From the human T2T-CHM13v2.0 reference genome, Homo sapiens, in the NCBI RefSeq assembly GCF_009914755.1, contig NC_060935.1: a DNA stretch of 64,000 nt, one strand, 5' to 3'. Below the pieces are notes generated by a model. The model made no database searches. It saw only the letters and a program-made list of their open reading frames with translations, and was not told the origin of the DNA. Within the stretch, counting starts at the first letter, position 1. Every line of letters begins with the position of its first letter. Below are positions 32,276 through 43,112 of the stretch, one piece after another. A program made the translations under genes and the position numbers.

Positions 32276-32786
32276 AACTCTCATATCTATAGATTAAGAA
32301 ACATATATATATGTTTTTATATATATTATGTTTCCTAATATGTATCTGTTAGAAAACATTGTCCTATTTGTTTGAATTGACTGTTTATTTCCAGAAACAG
32401 TTTGGAATGATATTGTCCATTATATTCCAAGGATGTGGGACATCCTGATTGTGTTATTGGAAGGGCTTTGATCTTTTTGGATTAACAAATGTGTTACTAA
32501 GTAAGATGGGGCATGGAGGAGGCTACACTTTGAGTCTGCAGAGACTTTTTTACTGCTTTACCTTGTCTCTTCTTCAACACTTCCAAAATAATCCTCATTG
32601 TTAACAGTTCTAGCTATTAAGCCTGCAAGAAAGCTCAGTTCAATTTGCATTATAATTCATTGCCATCCCTGGGGAATGTTTTCCAACAATCCTCATTAAA
32701 GCTGTTATTTACAGGTCAGATGGTGGAGAAATGATTACACATATTTAAGAACCCCAAATGCAGATTGTCAAATTATCCGTGTAGCT

Positions 32787-33051
32787 GGAGGAGGAGGAAA
32801 GTTGGGAACGAAGGAAGAAAAGAAAGAGAGAGAGAGAGAGAGAGAAAGAAAGAAAGAAAAAGAAAGAAAGAAAGAGAGAGAAAGTCAGAAAGAAAGTGAC
32901 AAAGAAAGAAAGAAGAAAGAGAGAGAGAGGGAGAGAGAGAAAGAAAAGAAAGAAAGAAAAAGAAGAAAGAAAGAAAGAAGGAAAGAAAGAGGAAGGAAGG
33001 AAGGAAAGAGAAGGAAGAAAGGGAGGGAGAGAGAGAAGAAGAGAGGGAGAA
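32787..33051. repeat. Compound polypurine tract (GA)n/(GAAA)n/(GGAA)n
   Basis: About 265 bp, almost exclusively A/G on the + strand. Confidence 0.95.
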
Positions 33052-34687
33052 TTCACAATCTCATTTATTCCTTTCTACAAACAAGTAAACAGAGTCCTGG
33101 AAAGTTGAAGATTAAGTTCTGTGGTTTGGGTTGTGAGCTCAGGGACCAAGTCTTGAGCCTACAGCTTGCTCTCTATCTCTACTCTCCCTTTACAGATATT
33201 TCCTTATTTTCTTCTGAGAGGTTAACAGAGGTAGGGCAATGGAAGGACTTTCTTTTGAGATGTCTCACTGACTCCTGTTCAAATAAAGTTTCAGGAAACA
33301 GAGGAGTGGCTTGGGGCTTCAGCTTGCATAAATGAGTTGTTTGAATCTCAGCTCTAACATTTCAATCACGTCACCTGACTGCAGGGATCCTCAATAGTTC
33401 CTACCATGTCCAATACTAACACCTCAGAATTAGGAGTCCTCAGGAACCATTCCTGCAGGAAGGGACAAGAAGGAGGACCTTGGCATTCATCTATGTCCTC
33501 TTGCAGTCCATCTTGGTCCAAGGGACAGCAAAAAAACTCTGGCCGTAGGGCTGGGCTGGGCATGTCCCGCGGCTGTGTGGCTGTGTGCAACAACCAGTCT
33601 TTGCTCAGGTTTCTTATTCCTGTCCTGTGCTTGCTCCTGTCTCAAGTTCAAACCCCAGCCCCTAGACCTCTGGACACAGACCCTGCACACAGACCCTGGT
33701 TTGTGGTGTTTGGTCTCAGCTCTTCCCCGTAGGCTCTGCCTTAGAACATCGAACTCCTCCCTCTCAGGAAGTCCTTTGCACCCCAGTCCTGCCTATGGGA
33801 GCCAGAGGCAGAGCTGGCAAGGAGCAGAAAAGACAAGTGCTTCCTGGAGCACATTCTCCAAAGGCAGAATCTCAGAAGACCTCATGGTTGAGGAAAAGTG
33901 TTAAGAGGCCTGCCCCTCCCCTCACTGCACCCACTAGGATGGAAAGCCTGATGGTGCTTCCCACCTGGAGCCTGGTGCTCCTGTGACCTGCCTCTGCCAG
34001 TGACAGGGAAATCCAGACCTTTTCCTCCAAGTAGCACCTGCTGTCAGAAGCGGGAGGGGAGGGCAGAGGACAGGACGCTCTTCCTTCTATGGCTACAAAA
34101 CAGAGTCGGATGGCTTCCCCCTTCCCCGAGAGAAAGCACAACTCTAAGTGGCACCCTCACACCTGCCTGTATTTTAATGAATATTATCCCACCATCTATC
34201 AACAGCAAGTCAACAAGCTTCACACCAGGGGAGAAAAACAATCCTTGCCTTGTCAGCCCTGCCTCTCCGGGAGCAGCTGAGGGTCTCAACGCCCCCTGAC
34301 TCTCTGCCACCTCTTTTTCCCTGGGGGCTGTTGACAGGGTGCAATGCAGCATGGAAATGGCTTTGGCCTCAGAATGTGGCAGAATGACAACGTGGCAGAA
34401 TGGCTTGGGATTGACCATGGGCAGGCACAGGCACTCTGTCCCAACTGTCTCAGGACTTTCCAGTCCTCAGAGCAATGCTCTGTGATGGGTATTTCTATCC
34501 CCATCTTAACAGAAGGGCCACCGGGGGTTGGAGACATGCAGGGACTCCCTGAGGCCACACTGCTAACATGGGGCAAGGTTAGGCATATGAATGCAGATCT
34601 GACCCATGGATCCCTCAGGGTCTTTCTGCCTTGCTTTCCCACAGCCTCTGCCTGAGGATGCTGCTCAGCCCACTGGACTTTAGATGT

Positions 34688-36081
34688 TGAGAGGTGGCAG
34701 CTTGCTGGCAGCCCTAGCAGCCCTCGCTCCCTCTCGGTGCCTCCCCGGCCTGGGCGCCCATTCTGGCCGCGCTTGAGGAGCCCTTCAGCCCGCCACTGCG
34801 CTGTGGAGGCCCCTCTCTGGGCTGGTTGAGGCTGGAGCCGGCTCCCTCAGCTTGCCGGGAGGTGCGGAGGGAGAGGCGCCGGCAGGAACCCGGGCTGCGT
34901 GCGGCACTTGCGGACCAGCTAGAGTTCCAGATGGGCCTGGGCTTGGCGGGCCCCGCACTCGGAGCGGAGCGGCCTCGGGCAGTGAGGGGCTTAGCACCCG
35001 GGCCAGCAGCTGCGGAGGGTGCGCCAGGTCTGCCAGCAGTGCCGGCCCACCGGCGCTGCGCTCGATTTCTCGCCAGGCCTTGGCTGCCTCCGGGCAGGGC
35101 TGGGGACCTGCAAGCCGCGATGCCTGAGCCACCCTCCACCACCCCCTCCCCGCCCCCCGCCGGGCTCCTGCGCGGCCTGAGCCTCCCCGACGACCGCCGC
35201 CCCCTGCTCCCCGGTGCCTGGTCCCATTGACCGCCCAAGGGCTGAGGAGTGTGGGTGCACGGCACGGGACTGGCAGGCAGCTCCACCTGCGGCCCCGGTG
35301 CGGTATCCACTGGGTGAAGCCAGCTAGGCTCCTGAGTCTAGTGCGGACTTGGAGAACCTTTATTTCTAGCTAAAGGATTGTAAACACACCAATCAGCACC
35401 CTGTGTCTAGCTCCTGGTTTGTGGATGCACCAATCGCATTCTGTATCTAGCTAATTTGGTGGGGACTTGGAGAATCTTTAAAATATCTAGCTAAGGGATT
35501 GTGAATACACCAATCAGCCCTCTGTATCTAGCTCAAGGTTTGTAAATGCACCAATCAGCACTCTGTATCTAGCTAATCTAGTGGGGAGGTGGAGAACTTT
35601 TGCGTCTAGCTCAGAGATTGCAAACGCACCAATCAGCACCCTGTCAAAATGGACCAATCAGCTCTCTGTAAAACAGACCAATTGGCTCACTGTAAAATGG
35701 ACCAAACAGCAGGATGTGGGTGGGGCCAGATAAGAGAATAAAAGCAGGCTGCCTGAGCCAGTAGTGGCAACCCGCTTGAGTCAGCTTCTGCATTGTGGAA
35801 GGTTTGTTCTTTCTCTCTTTGCAGTAAATCTTACTGCTGCTCACTTTTTGGGTCCACACTGCGTTTATTAGCTGCAACGCTCACCGCTATGGTCTGCAGC
35901 TTCACTCCTGAAGCCAGCGAGACCACGAACCCACCAGAATGAAGAAACTCCGAACACATCCAAACATCAGAAGGAACAAACTCCGGACAGGCGGCCTTTA
36001 AGAACTGTAACACTCACCTCGAGGGTCTGCGGCTTCATTCTTGAAGTCAGTGAGACCAAGAACCCACCAATTCCGGACACA
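34688..36081 (+). mobile_element. Solo LTR12 (LTR12C-like, ERV9/HERV9)
   Basis: Begins TGAGAGGTG and ends CCGGACACA; 4-bp TSD ATGT (34684-34687 / 36082-36085); CpG-rich 5' U3, tandem CCAAT-containing repeats, duplicated U5 repeats. Confidence 0.96.
35380..35775 (+). promoter_or_regulatory. LTR12 U3 enhancer/promoter: NF-Y (CCAAT) array, GATA site, TATA-like AATAAAA
   Basis: Seven CCAAT boxes between ~35389 and ~35682, AGATAA at 35728-35733 and AATAAAA at 35737-35743. This is the established ERV9 LTR promoter layout. Confidence 0.8.
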
Positions 36082-36334
36082 ATGTTACTCCAGATAATCA
36101 GCGCCATTTTCTGAAGCTTGAGATGCAGGAAAAGAGGAGTGCTATCCATTAGATGGAGACAGGAAGTAGAAAAAGGTAAGACCTCTGAGAGGTATCCCTG
36201 GTGTGGGAGCATGTTCGTACCTATAAGGCTGTGTGTGCTCACACACCCATGGCATCTGTGGGGGTCGGAGCTCTATGTGACTGCAACCGAGAGTGTGTTG
36301 ATTGGTGTTTGTCTGTGCATGATGGAACAGTATG

Positions 36335-36510
36335 CCTTGTGAGCATACATGGGCATGCTTCATTCTAGCCTGCAGACAAGTGCTATAGAGAGATGGCAGA
36401 GATGCTCCCAGGCTCCCCTAGTACCTTGTGAGCATACATGGGCATGCTCCATTCTAGCCTGAAGACAGGTGCTATAGAGAGGTGGCAGATATGCTTCCAG
36501 GCTCCCCTAG
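36335..36510. repeat. Tandem duplication, 89-bp period, two copies
   Basis: ccttgtgagcatacatgggcatgc...ggctcccctag begins at 36335 and again at 36424; 6 mismatches counted. Confidence 0.95.
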
Positions 36511-37929
36511 GCCTAAATGTGTCAACGTCTCTGAGCCACTTTACTCATCTGTTTAAGGGGAATGAGGTGATTCAGTGATAGGATGTGTGAAAAATCCAGT
36601 ATGGTGCTTGACAAATGGTAAGCACACAATCAATTGTAGATACAAACCAACTCCAAATTCACTTAATTACCTTGTCACCTATCTTTTCCACGAAAATAAA
36701 GACTTTGTCAAATGCTTGAAGTCCAGATTTGCTTGCTTTCCAGTGTTTCCACAGTCTCCCAGCCTAGAAAGCAGTGAAAGAAGTGTTTGGTCCTTTGTAG
36801 CTAATTCTTGGCAAACCCTCGCCAAGTCTTAGGGATCACTTTCTCCCTCCCAGGTGCTCACAAAGACTGTGCCTTTAAAAGGAGAGCAGGAAATAAATAC
36901 TGACACATGTGAAATGCTTCCTATCCCTGTAAGAAAGAACCCCACTCCTGGCTCCTCACAAGGATGTTAAAAGATGCCCTTTCCTGGGCCTACTTCTCTC
37001 CCCTGCTTCTCTTCATGAGCCCCTAGGTTCTGGAAAATCTCCATCTGCCTTTAAAGCTGGTTTCTATCATCTCTATTAAAGAAAACCCCACTCAGCTGGG
37101 TCCTCAGCTACTTAGTAACAATTGTCCAATTTCCAGCCTCACTTCCTTTTATCATAGAATTGCCTGAGCAGGTGGTCCTCCTCAGCTCCTCTCCTCCTCG
37201 CAGGATAATGCCTTCCTTTGTGCTCTGCCTGGCAGGAGAGGCCCTTGTGGGGATGCTGCTGCCTGAGGACTCCAGGGATTGAGTCTTTGCCAGCCCTCGG
37301 ATTTCTCTCCTGGGTGATTCCAGTGGAGGTGCTGGGCTCCTCCCAAAGGACATAAGCCAGGGAAGTGGATCTAAATGCAGCCCCAGACGAGACAGAAGCC
37401 GGAGAATGGCAACAGGGAGGGTAGGGGGAGAACGGGATGATAAGCCAGGACATCGAGAGTCAGGGAAAGGGGGATTCAGCTGTGTCCTGGAGAATATCCC
37501 TAGGTTTCCTGATCTAGGTAACAGTGGGCATCTCCCTCTTCAGACTTCTTGAACTGTCCCCTTCAAAGAATTAGATCGTAACTCTTATTGCCCATTACCT
37601 TTGTAGACAGAATTCTGGTTTCCTAAACTTTGCAATACTCTCTCTGTCTCTCTTTTTTTTCTTTCCTGTATTCCTATTGATCTAGCTTCCTTGGAAATAG
37701 CTTCTCAGTTCAAGGGAATAAAAATTCTTCCTTGAGTGGGGAGATTATCACAATGCCCCTTGGCAGTGCTAAGACAGCTCTGTGCTAGAGCCCAGGATCT
37801 GAAAGGACAGAGGCCGTCTAAATGGTGTAGGAAAATGGAATAGAACAGGGGCAGAAATTTCATTACAGATAATGGAAACAAGAACAAAGCACCTTTTCTC
37901 TCCACTCAACAAAGAGGCTTCTTTGATAC

Positions 37930-38100
37930 GGATCGTGGTGGTGTGAATGATGGCGGGAGTGGGGCTGGAACAGTGGCTGTCAGGGGGATACTGACAATGG
38001 TGGAGACAATGAAGGTGGTGTCAATGGTGGTATTGGGGAGAGGAGTGGTGGCAATAGTGATAATACTGTGGTTCCTGAGGTTACTGAGGATGATGAGAAT
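37930..38100. repeat. Degenerate (TGG/TGA)n low-complexity repeat
   Basis: ggtggtgtgaatgatggc...ggtggtgtcaatggtggt...gatgatgag. Confidence 0.6.
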
Positions 38101-38589
38101 GCTGTAGATCTTTCATCTGGAATATTCTCCACACTTCATTTCTAGTCAAGTCCTACCCATCTCACTGCATCACGGAAAGAAGCGGGATTTGGAAGCGAGA
38201 ATTCCTACTGCTCTTGCAACCTTGTAAATCTTACCTTTTTTGGTCTTCAATTTTCTTATCTATAAAATGTGGGGATTGGAGAAGGTGAATTCAAATAATC
38301 CTGCCACTTCTTAAATTATAGCATTTCAAGATTTCAGGCTTAGCTGTAGTCCTACTTTCTCCCAGACACTCTAGGCCACAAATTTCCTGTTTCTCTGTGT
38401 TTGGAGGATGCTTGATGTCTAAACCATCCTCTTGGTCATTAGCATTGACTATTATGCTTATTGTGGTGTCTTGGACTTGGGATTGGGTTCCCATATGAAT
38501 TATTTTTGGTTCAGCACCTGGAACAATATCACACATTATAGACATTCAATACATGGTTGATGTTTCCTAGGAATGAAGAATTACTCAAC

Positions 38590-39370
38590 TAACAATTGCT
38601 GAACATTTCTACATTCCGAGCTCTGAGCCAGGTCCAGATATAAAGGCACATTTTCTGACTGTGAGGCCTTGCTAGTGGAAGCAGTTTATCTCCCAGTGTG
38701 AACCATTAAGTAAAGGACAATATGACAAGTTTTCATAATGTACATATGAACAAAGTGAAGTTGCTGGGGAGGGGACCTGTGTAAAGTATAAGATAGGATG
38801 CAGTGTTTCAAAGGGAATCTTGAAAGATGATTCTTGTCTTTCCACTGACAAGAAGAAAAAGGCATTCAGGCAAAGAGAATTGAAACACCATGTGTAAAGG
38901 GTGAAAGTACATGCCTAGGGAATAGTGGTTTGGCATGAAGGCTGATGCCTGACTGTGAAGAGAGATGAGCTTTATCATCTGGCCTCTATGGAGAGGTTTT
39001 AGGCAGGAGTTTCCAGCATTTTCAGAAAAGCCCTATGATGGCAGGGTAGGAAATGGACTGCAATCCAGAAAGATGCAGGCAGGAAGGTATGGCAGGAAAA
39101 TCTTACAGACTTCGGCTTTATAATGAGACCTGACAGAGGTAGGACATAAGACTGATGGGGCAGAGAGCAGTACTCATGGGGGCTTCAGGAGGAGGCATCT
39201 ATAACTTGCAATGACTTACTGGATCTGCAGGGTGAGAGATAGGGCGAAATCTGGAATGGTTTTAAAATTTCTTGCTAGGGTAACAGGTCCTATTAGAAAG
39301 GATGTAGGGAGGAGGGTTGATGATGATGAGTGGACGAAGATGAAGAGACCATTGTCTTTGCGTCTTTGGT
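38590..39370 (-). mobile_element. L2 remnants
   Basis: Antisense L2-like segments (ggcattcaggcaaagagaa...catgtgtaaagg; ggagaggttttaggcaggag). Confidence 0.5.
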
Positions 39371-39440
39371 ATCAGTGTGGTGCATAAGTGAAGTGGACAT
39401 TTGGAAAATGAACCTCTGTCTCTCCCTGTCCCTCCCTTGC

Positions 39441-40714
39441 CCACATCTCAGTGGCTCATAAGATTCTACTGACCAGAGCTCTGCAGAGCCCAGGGTGCAG
39501 GCTGGGAAGGAGAAAGCAAAGGGGACCTCACAAGTCAGAGTCATTGGTTTCATTTCCCAATATCCAAATGCCTCTGTCCAATAAGACCTATAACCAATTT
39601 CCCAGAGAAGGCCCCCGAAGAGGCTGAGCTTGATGGAGTTGGGTAGTGGGCTTTTTTTTTTTTTTTTTTTTTGGCTTTTTTTTGGACTAAAAGCAATTTC
39701 CATTTTATGCCTTTTGTCTCTTCATCCAAGCAAATGCCGGTGGGATCTGGCAACCTGAGTTCAATAGCCAGTCCTTTTGGTCTTTCAAAGGCTATGAATG
39801 TAATAAGAGCACTCAACCCTTCTGAAGATATGCAAATCCGTGCATTTAAAAGATTTACATTCATCCTTCACAGGCCCTGAAATATAAATATGAAATACCC
39901 AGAACCTTGTCACTTCAGTAATAATTAAGCTGATGGCCTATTATGTTCGATTGCAAATCAATATAGTATCTTTTGGTGCCACTTGAGTTCTTGAGGGTTG
40001 GCGCGGGGCCAGCTCCAGTTATACAATTGAATTGCTGCAGCTGCCTGGGAAACTTCGCTGCCGTTCCCATTCAGGAAGAATAGGCGGGTAACAATGGTGA
40101 CCAGCCTCCCTACAGTAATTGTGTACGAGGACACATTTCCAATGGGGTTTTTGTTCAGCAGGTGCTGTTATTTTAGTTTAATTTGAATTCTGAAATATGG
40201 AGGAGAGAAGGAGACCAATCTTAACAGCATCTAACCTACAGCTGTTCGAAAGAGGCCAGCAAACAGCATATGTTGCTTAGATGGAAATCATAATTGCTCA
40301 TTCTCCCTGGGATGTTGGCCCACCAACGTGGAGCCTCTGAAATTAGCCGGCATTTTTCTGGCATTTTCCTCAGTGGTGAGGCCTCTGCAGAGCTCAGGAG
40401 GAACTATTCTAGAGTGGCTCGCTCCCTGGGAGGCTTTGGTGGTGGCGGCTGCTGCGTCTCCTTTTTCTTCTCCTTCCCTCTTTCTCCTTCATGGTAGGCT
40501 GAGGTGAATTCCAAACACTACACAAAACACATCCAGGGTTGGCCTCCTCATTGGAGGCTGCCATGGGGCGCACAAGGAAACAGGCAGTGGCGAGGTCTGG
40601 TGGAGCCCCAGGGCCAGACTCTCTCTGAGAGCAGCGACCAACACCCCTGGGTCAGGGTCAGGGCAAGAGGAAAACTCAGATAGTAAGGAGAATAGCATCA
40701 ACACAGACACCCTG
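39441..40714. promoter_or_regulatory. Developmental enhancer; probably VISTA hs692 (MGE/ventral forebrain enhancer near SOX6, 11p15.2), identified from memory
   Basis: Seen: non-repeat sequence with ATGCAAAT 39830-39837, TTCAAAG 39784-39790, TAATTAA 39922-39928, AAATCAATA 39955-39963, CACTTGA 39980-39986, GCAGCTGC 40037-40044, AACAATG 40090-40096, CAGGTG 40159-40164, CATATG 40267-40272. Recalled and unverified: the ends CCACATCTCAGTGGCTCAT and CATCAACACAGACACCCTG and the ~1.27-kb span match the cloned hs692 fragment. Confidence 0.7.
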
Positions 40715-40720
40715 ATCTAG
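40498..40720 (+). ncRNA. Candidate internal lncRNA exon (223 nt)
   Basis: About 30-nt polypyrimidine tract plus TAG acceptor (AG 40496-40497) and donor TAG|GTAAGA (GT 40721-40722); no long ORF. Sequence prediction only. Confidence 0.45.
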
Positions 40721-41157
40721 GTAAGAAATAATATCCACAAGGCACACTCCCATCCACAAAACACTTTCACATGCTCTGTGTTTTTCTTTACATCCTCACA
40801 ACACTCCCTGGAAGGAGGTGATAGTGTTCAGTTTCATAGAGAAGGAAGCTGAGGTGCAGGGTTGTCAGAAGACATACCCAATGCTAAAGCCTGCTGGGAT
40901 AGAATAAGTCCTCGAATGTAAAATTCCATGCCCTTCCCTATACCACTGTCTCCTTTTTTGTTCCAGTGATTTCCATCAGCTCCCAGATTGGCAGGAGGTC
41001 CTGAGAGATCTACTTCCATCAGCCTCTAAGTCTATGGTAATGAACTAAGCCTGTGACAAAGACCAAATTCTTGTGGTCTCTGTATCGGAAACCCATGTTT
41101 ACATGATTTGGGGCTGGACTTAGGAAAACTCAGAGGTGTGGCATACTGAATGCCTAG

Positions 41158-41270
41158 CTTCTGTTCTTCTTCCCTTTCTTTTTTTGTTTTTTCCTTCCCT
41201 TTCTCCCTCCTTCCTTCCGTTTCCTTCTCTTTTTTTCGTTCCTTCCTCCTTTTCTTTCTTCCTTCCTTCC
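41158..41270. repeat. CT-rich simple repeat (tail of an adjacent L2)
   Basis: (TTCC/TTTC)n followed by L2-like acatttacagagcccctactattaggcaggca. Confidence 0.8.
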
Positions 41271-41500
41271 ACATTTACAGAGCCCCTACTATTAGGCAGG
41301 CATTGGACTAGATGCTGTGGGGCATGCAAATATGAATAAGGTAAGTTACTGGTCTTCAACAAGCCTAGTCCAGAAGAGATACGCCCTCAAAAATAGAAGA
41401 AAGAACTTGATTGTTGCCGTATGATTGGGATTTACAAAGTGCTTGGGTCCTGGAATAGACAGTGGCTTCACAGGGAGGTGCATATGGAGGTAGATCATGA

Positions 41501-41880
<380 letters not shown>

Positions 41881-42315
41881 TGTCATGGGCCCATTGTTAA
41901 TAGGAAATGGGGGTTACAGGATTGGGGAAAGGACTGAGGTAGCTTGGCGCCCTCAGTAGCATTATGTTAAGGAGTAGCAGTGCTGGAATGGACATTTGAT
42001 GTGAGACATGGCATTAAGAAGATGAAGGGGGTATGTGGCAGGAGTCTGGCCTGAATGTCTGTTGTTAGTCCTTCCTGGCCTGAGATGCCAGGAACTTGCT
42101 GGCTTCTCCTGATGTGGCTAGAGCAGTGCCTTAGTTCAGATGCTGCTGCCATTAGAACTCTGGGCACCTCCTAGAACTCAGTGATCTGAGGTTCATAGTG
42201 GGCCTCTGCTCTCTGTCAGAAATCTTTGCCCTGTCTTTTTTGTCAGATGCTGTTACTTCCTCAACCTAACCTTTGTGTTCCCTGTTGAGGGATGTTCCTG
42301 CTGGGAGGTATAGAG

Positions 42316-42548
42316 TAAGGATGTCCAATCTTTTGGCTTCCTTGGACCACACTGAAAGAAGAAAAATTGTCTTGGGCCACACATAAAATACACTAACACT
42401 AACGATAGCTGATGAGCTAAAAAAAAAAAAATCACAAAAAAAAATCTCATAATGCATTAAGAAAGTTTACCAATTTGTGTTGGGCCGCATTCAAAGCTGT
42501 CCTGGGCCGCCTGTCCTGGGCCCACAGGCTGCAGGTTGGACAAGCTTG
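42316..42548 (+). mobile_element. MER30 (hAT-Charlie MITE)
   Basis: tgtccaatcttttggcttcc...aaaatacactaacactaacgatagctgatgagct...ggttggacaagcttg; degenerate 8-bp TSD gtatagag / gcgtagag. Confidence 0.9.
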
Positions 42549-42729
42549 GCGTAGAGCCATCCTTGAAGCCTTGAAGCTATACAAGGGTGAGAGTCAGCTC
42601 GCAACACCTGCATGTCTCATAAACCTGCCTCGCTGGAGTTCAGAGTGTTTACCAATCCCATGGTTAGGAGCATGGCTTTGGAATTACACACATGTGAGTG
42701 CTAGAAATGGATCTAGAGGGGAAGTACGA

Positions 42730-42945
42730 GATGGTGGTTACGGTCATGGACTTGGAAGTCAGACTGCCTGGGGTTGGAGCCTAATTTTGTCACTTCTAGA
42801 TGTTTAACTGTCACTTTATTGTCTCATCTGTAAATGGGAGACAATAATCTCTAATTGAAAGGGTTAGTGTGATGTTTAAATCAATTAATGGATTTAAAAT
42901 ATTAGTAGAGGGCTTGACACTTACAGCCCACTAAGTTTTAGCTGC
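42730..42945 (+). mobile_element. MIR
   Basis: catggacttggaagtcagactgcctgggg...ctcatctgtaaatgggagacaataat. Confidence 0.7.
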
Positions 42946-42949
42946 TCAT

Positions 42950-43112
42950 AGAAGTAGCAGTAGTAGCAGTAGTAGTATAACAGTAGTAATGATGATGTAG
43001 TAATCACAGTGGCAATGGTAGTGTAGTAATAATAGTGATACTGGTAATACAGGATAGGGTGTGATGGTGGTAGTGATAGTATTAGTAGTGGTAATGGTCG
43101 TAATGGAAGTAA
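42950..43112. repeat. Degenerate (TAG/TAA/TGG)n trinucleotide repeat
   Basis: gtagcagtagtagcagtagtagtataacagtagtaatgatg. Confidence 0.85.

Noticed and set aside
32745-33335. K/E/R-rich and F/S/L-rich ORFs
   Set aside because: Translations of the stop-free purine microsatellite.
34714-35310. Overlapping Pro/Ala/Gly-rich ORFs and an apparent CpG-island gene promoter
   Set aside because: Entirely within the GC-rich U3 of LTR12; stop-poor by composition.
35340-35710. Regularly spaced direct repeats resembling a CRISPR-like array
   Set aside because: These are the known LTR12 U3 CCAAT tandem repeats, with no unique spacers, in primate DNA.
40045-40070. Inverted TGGGAA...TTCCCA resembling a paired RBPJ (SPS) site
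   Set aside because: The spacer is 12 bp rather than the 15-17 bp required, and the first site lacks the GTG context.
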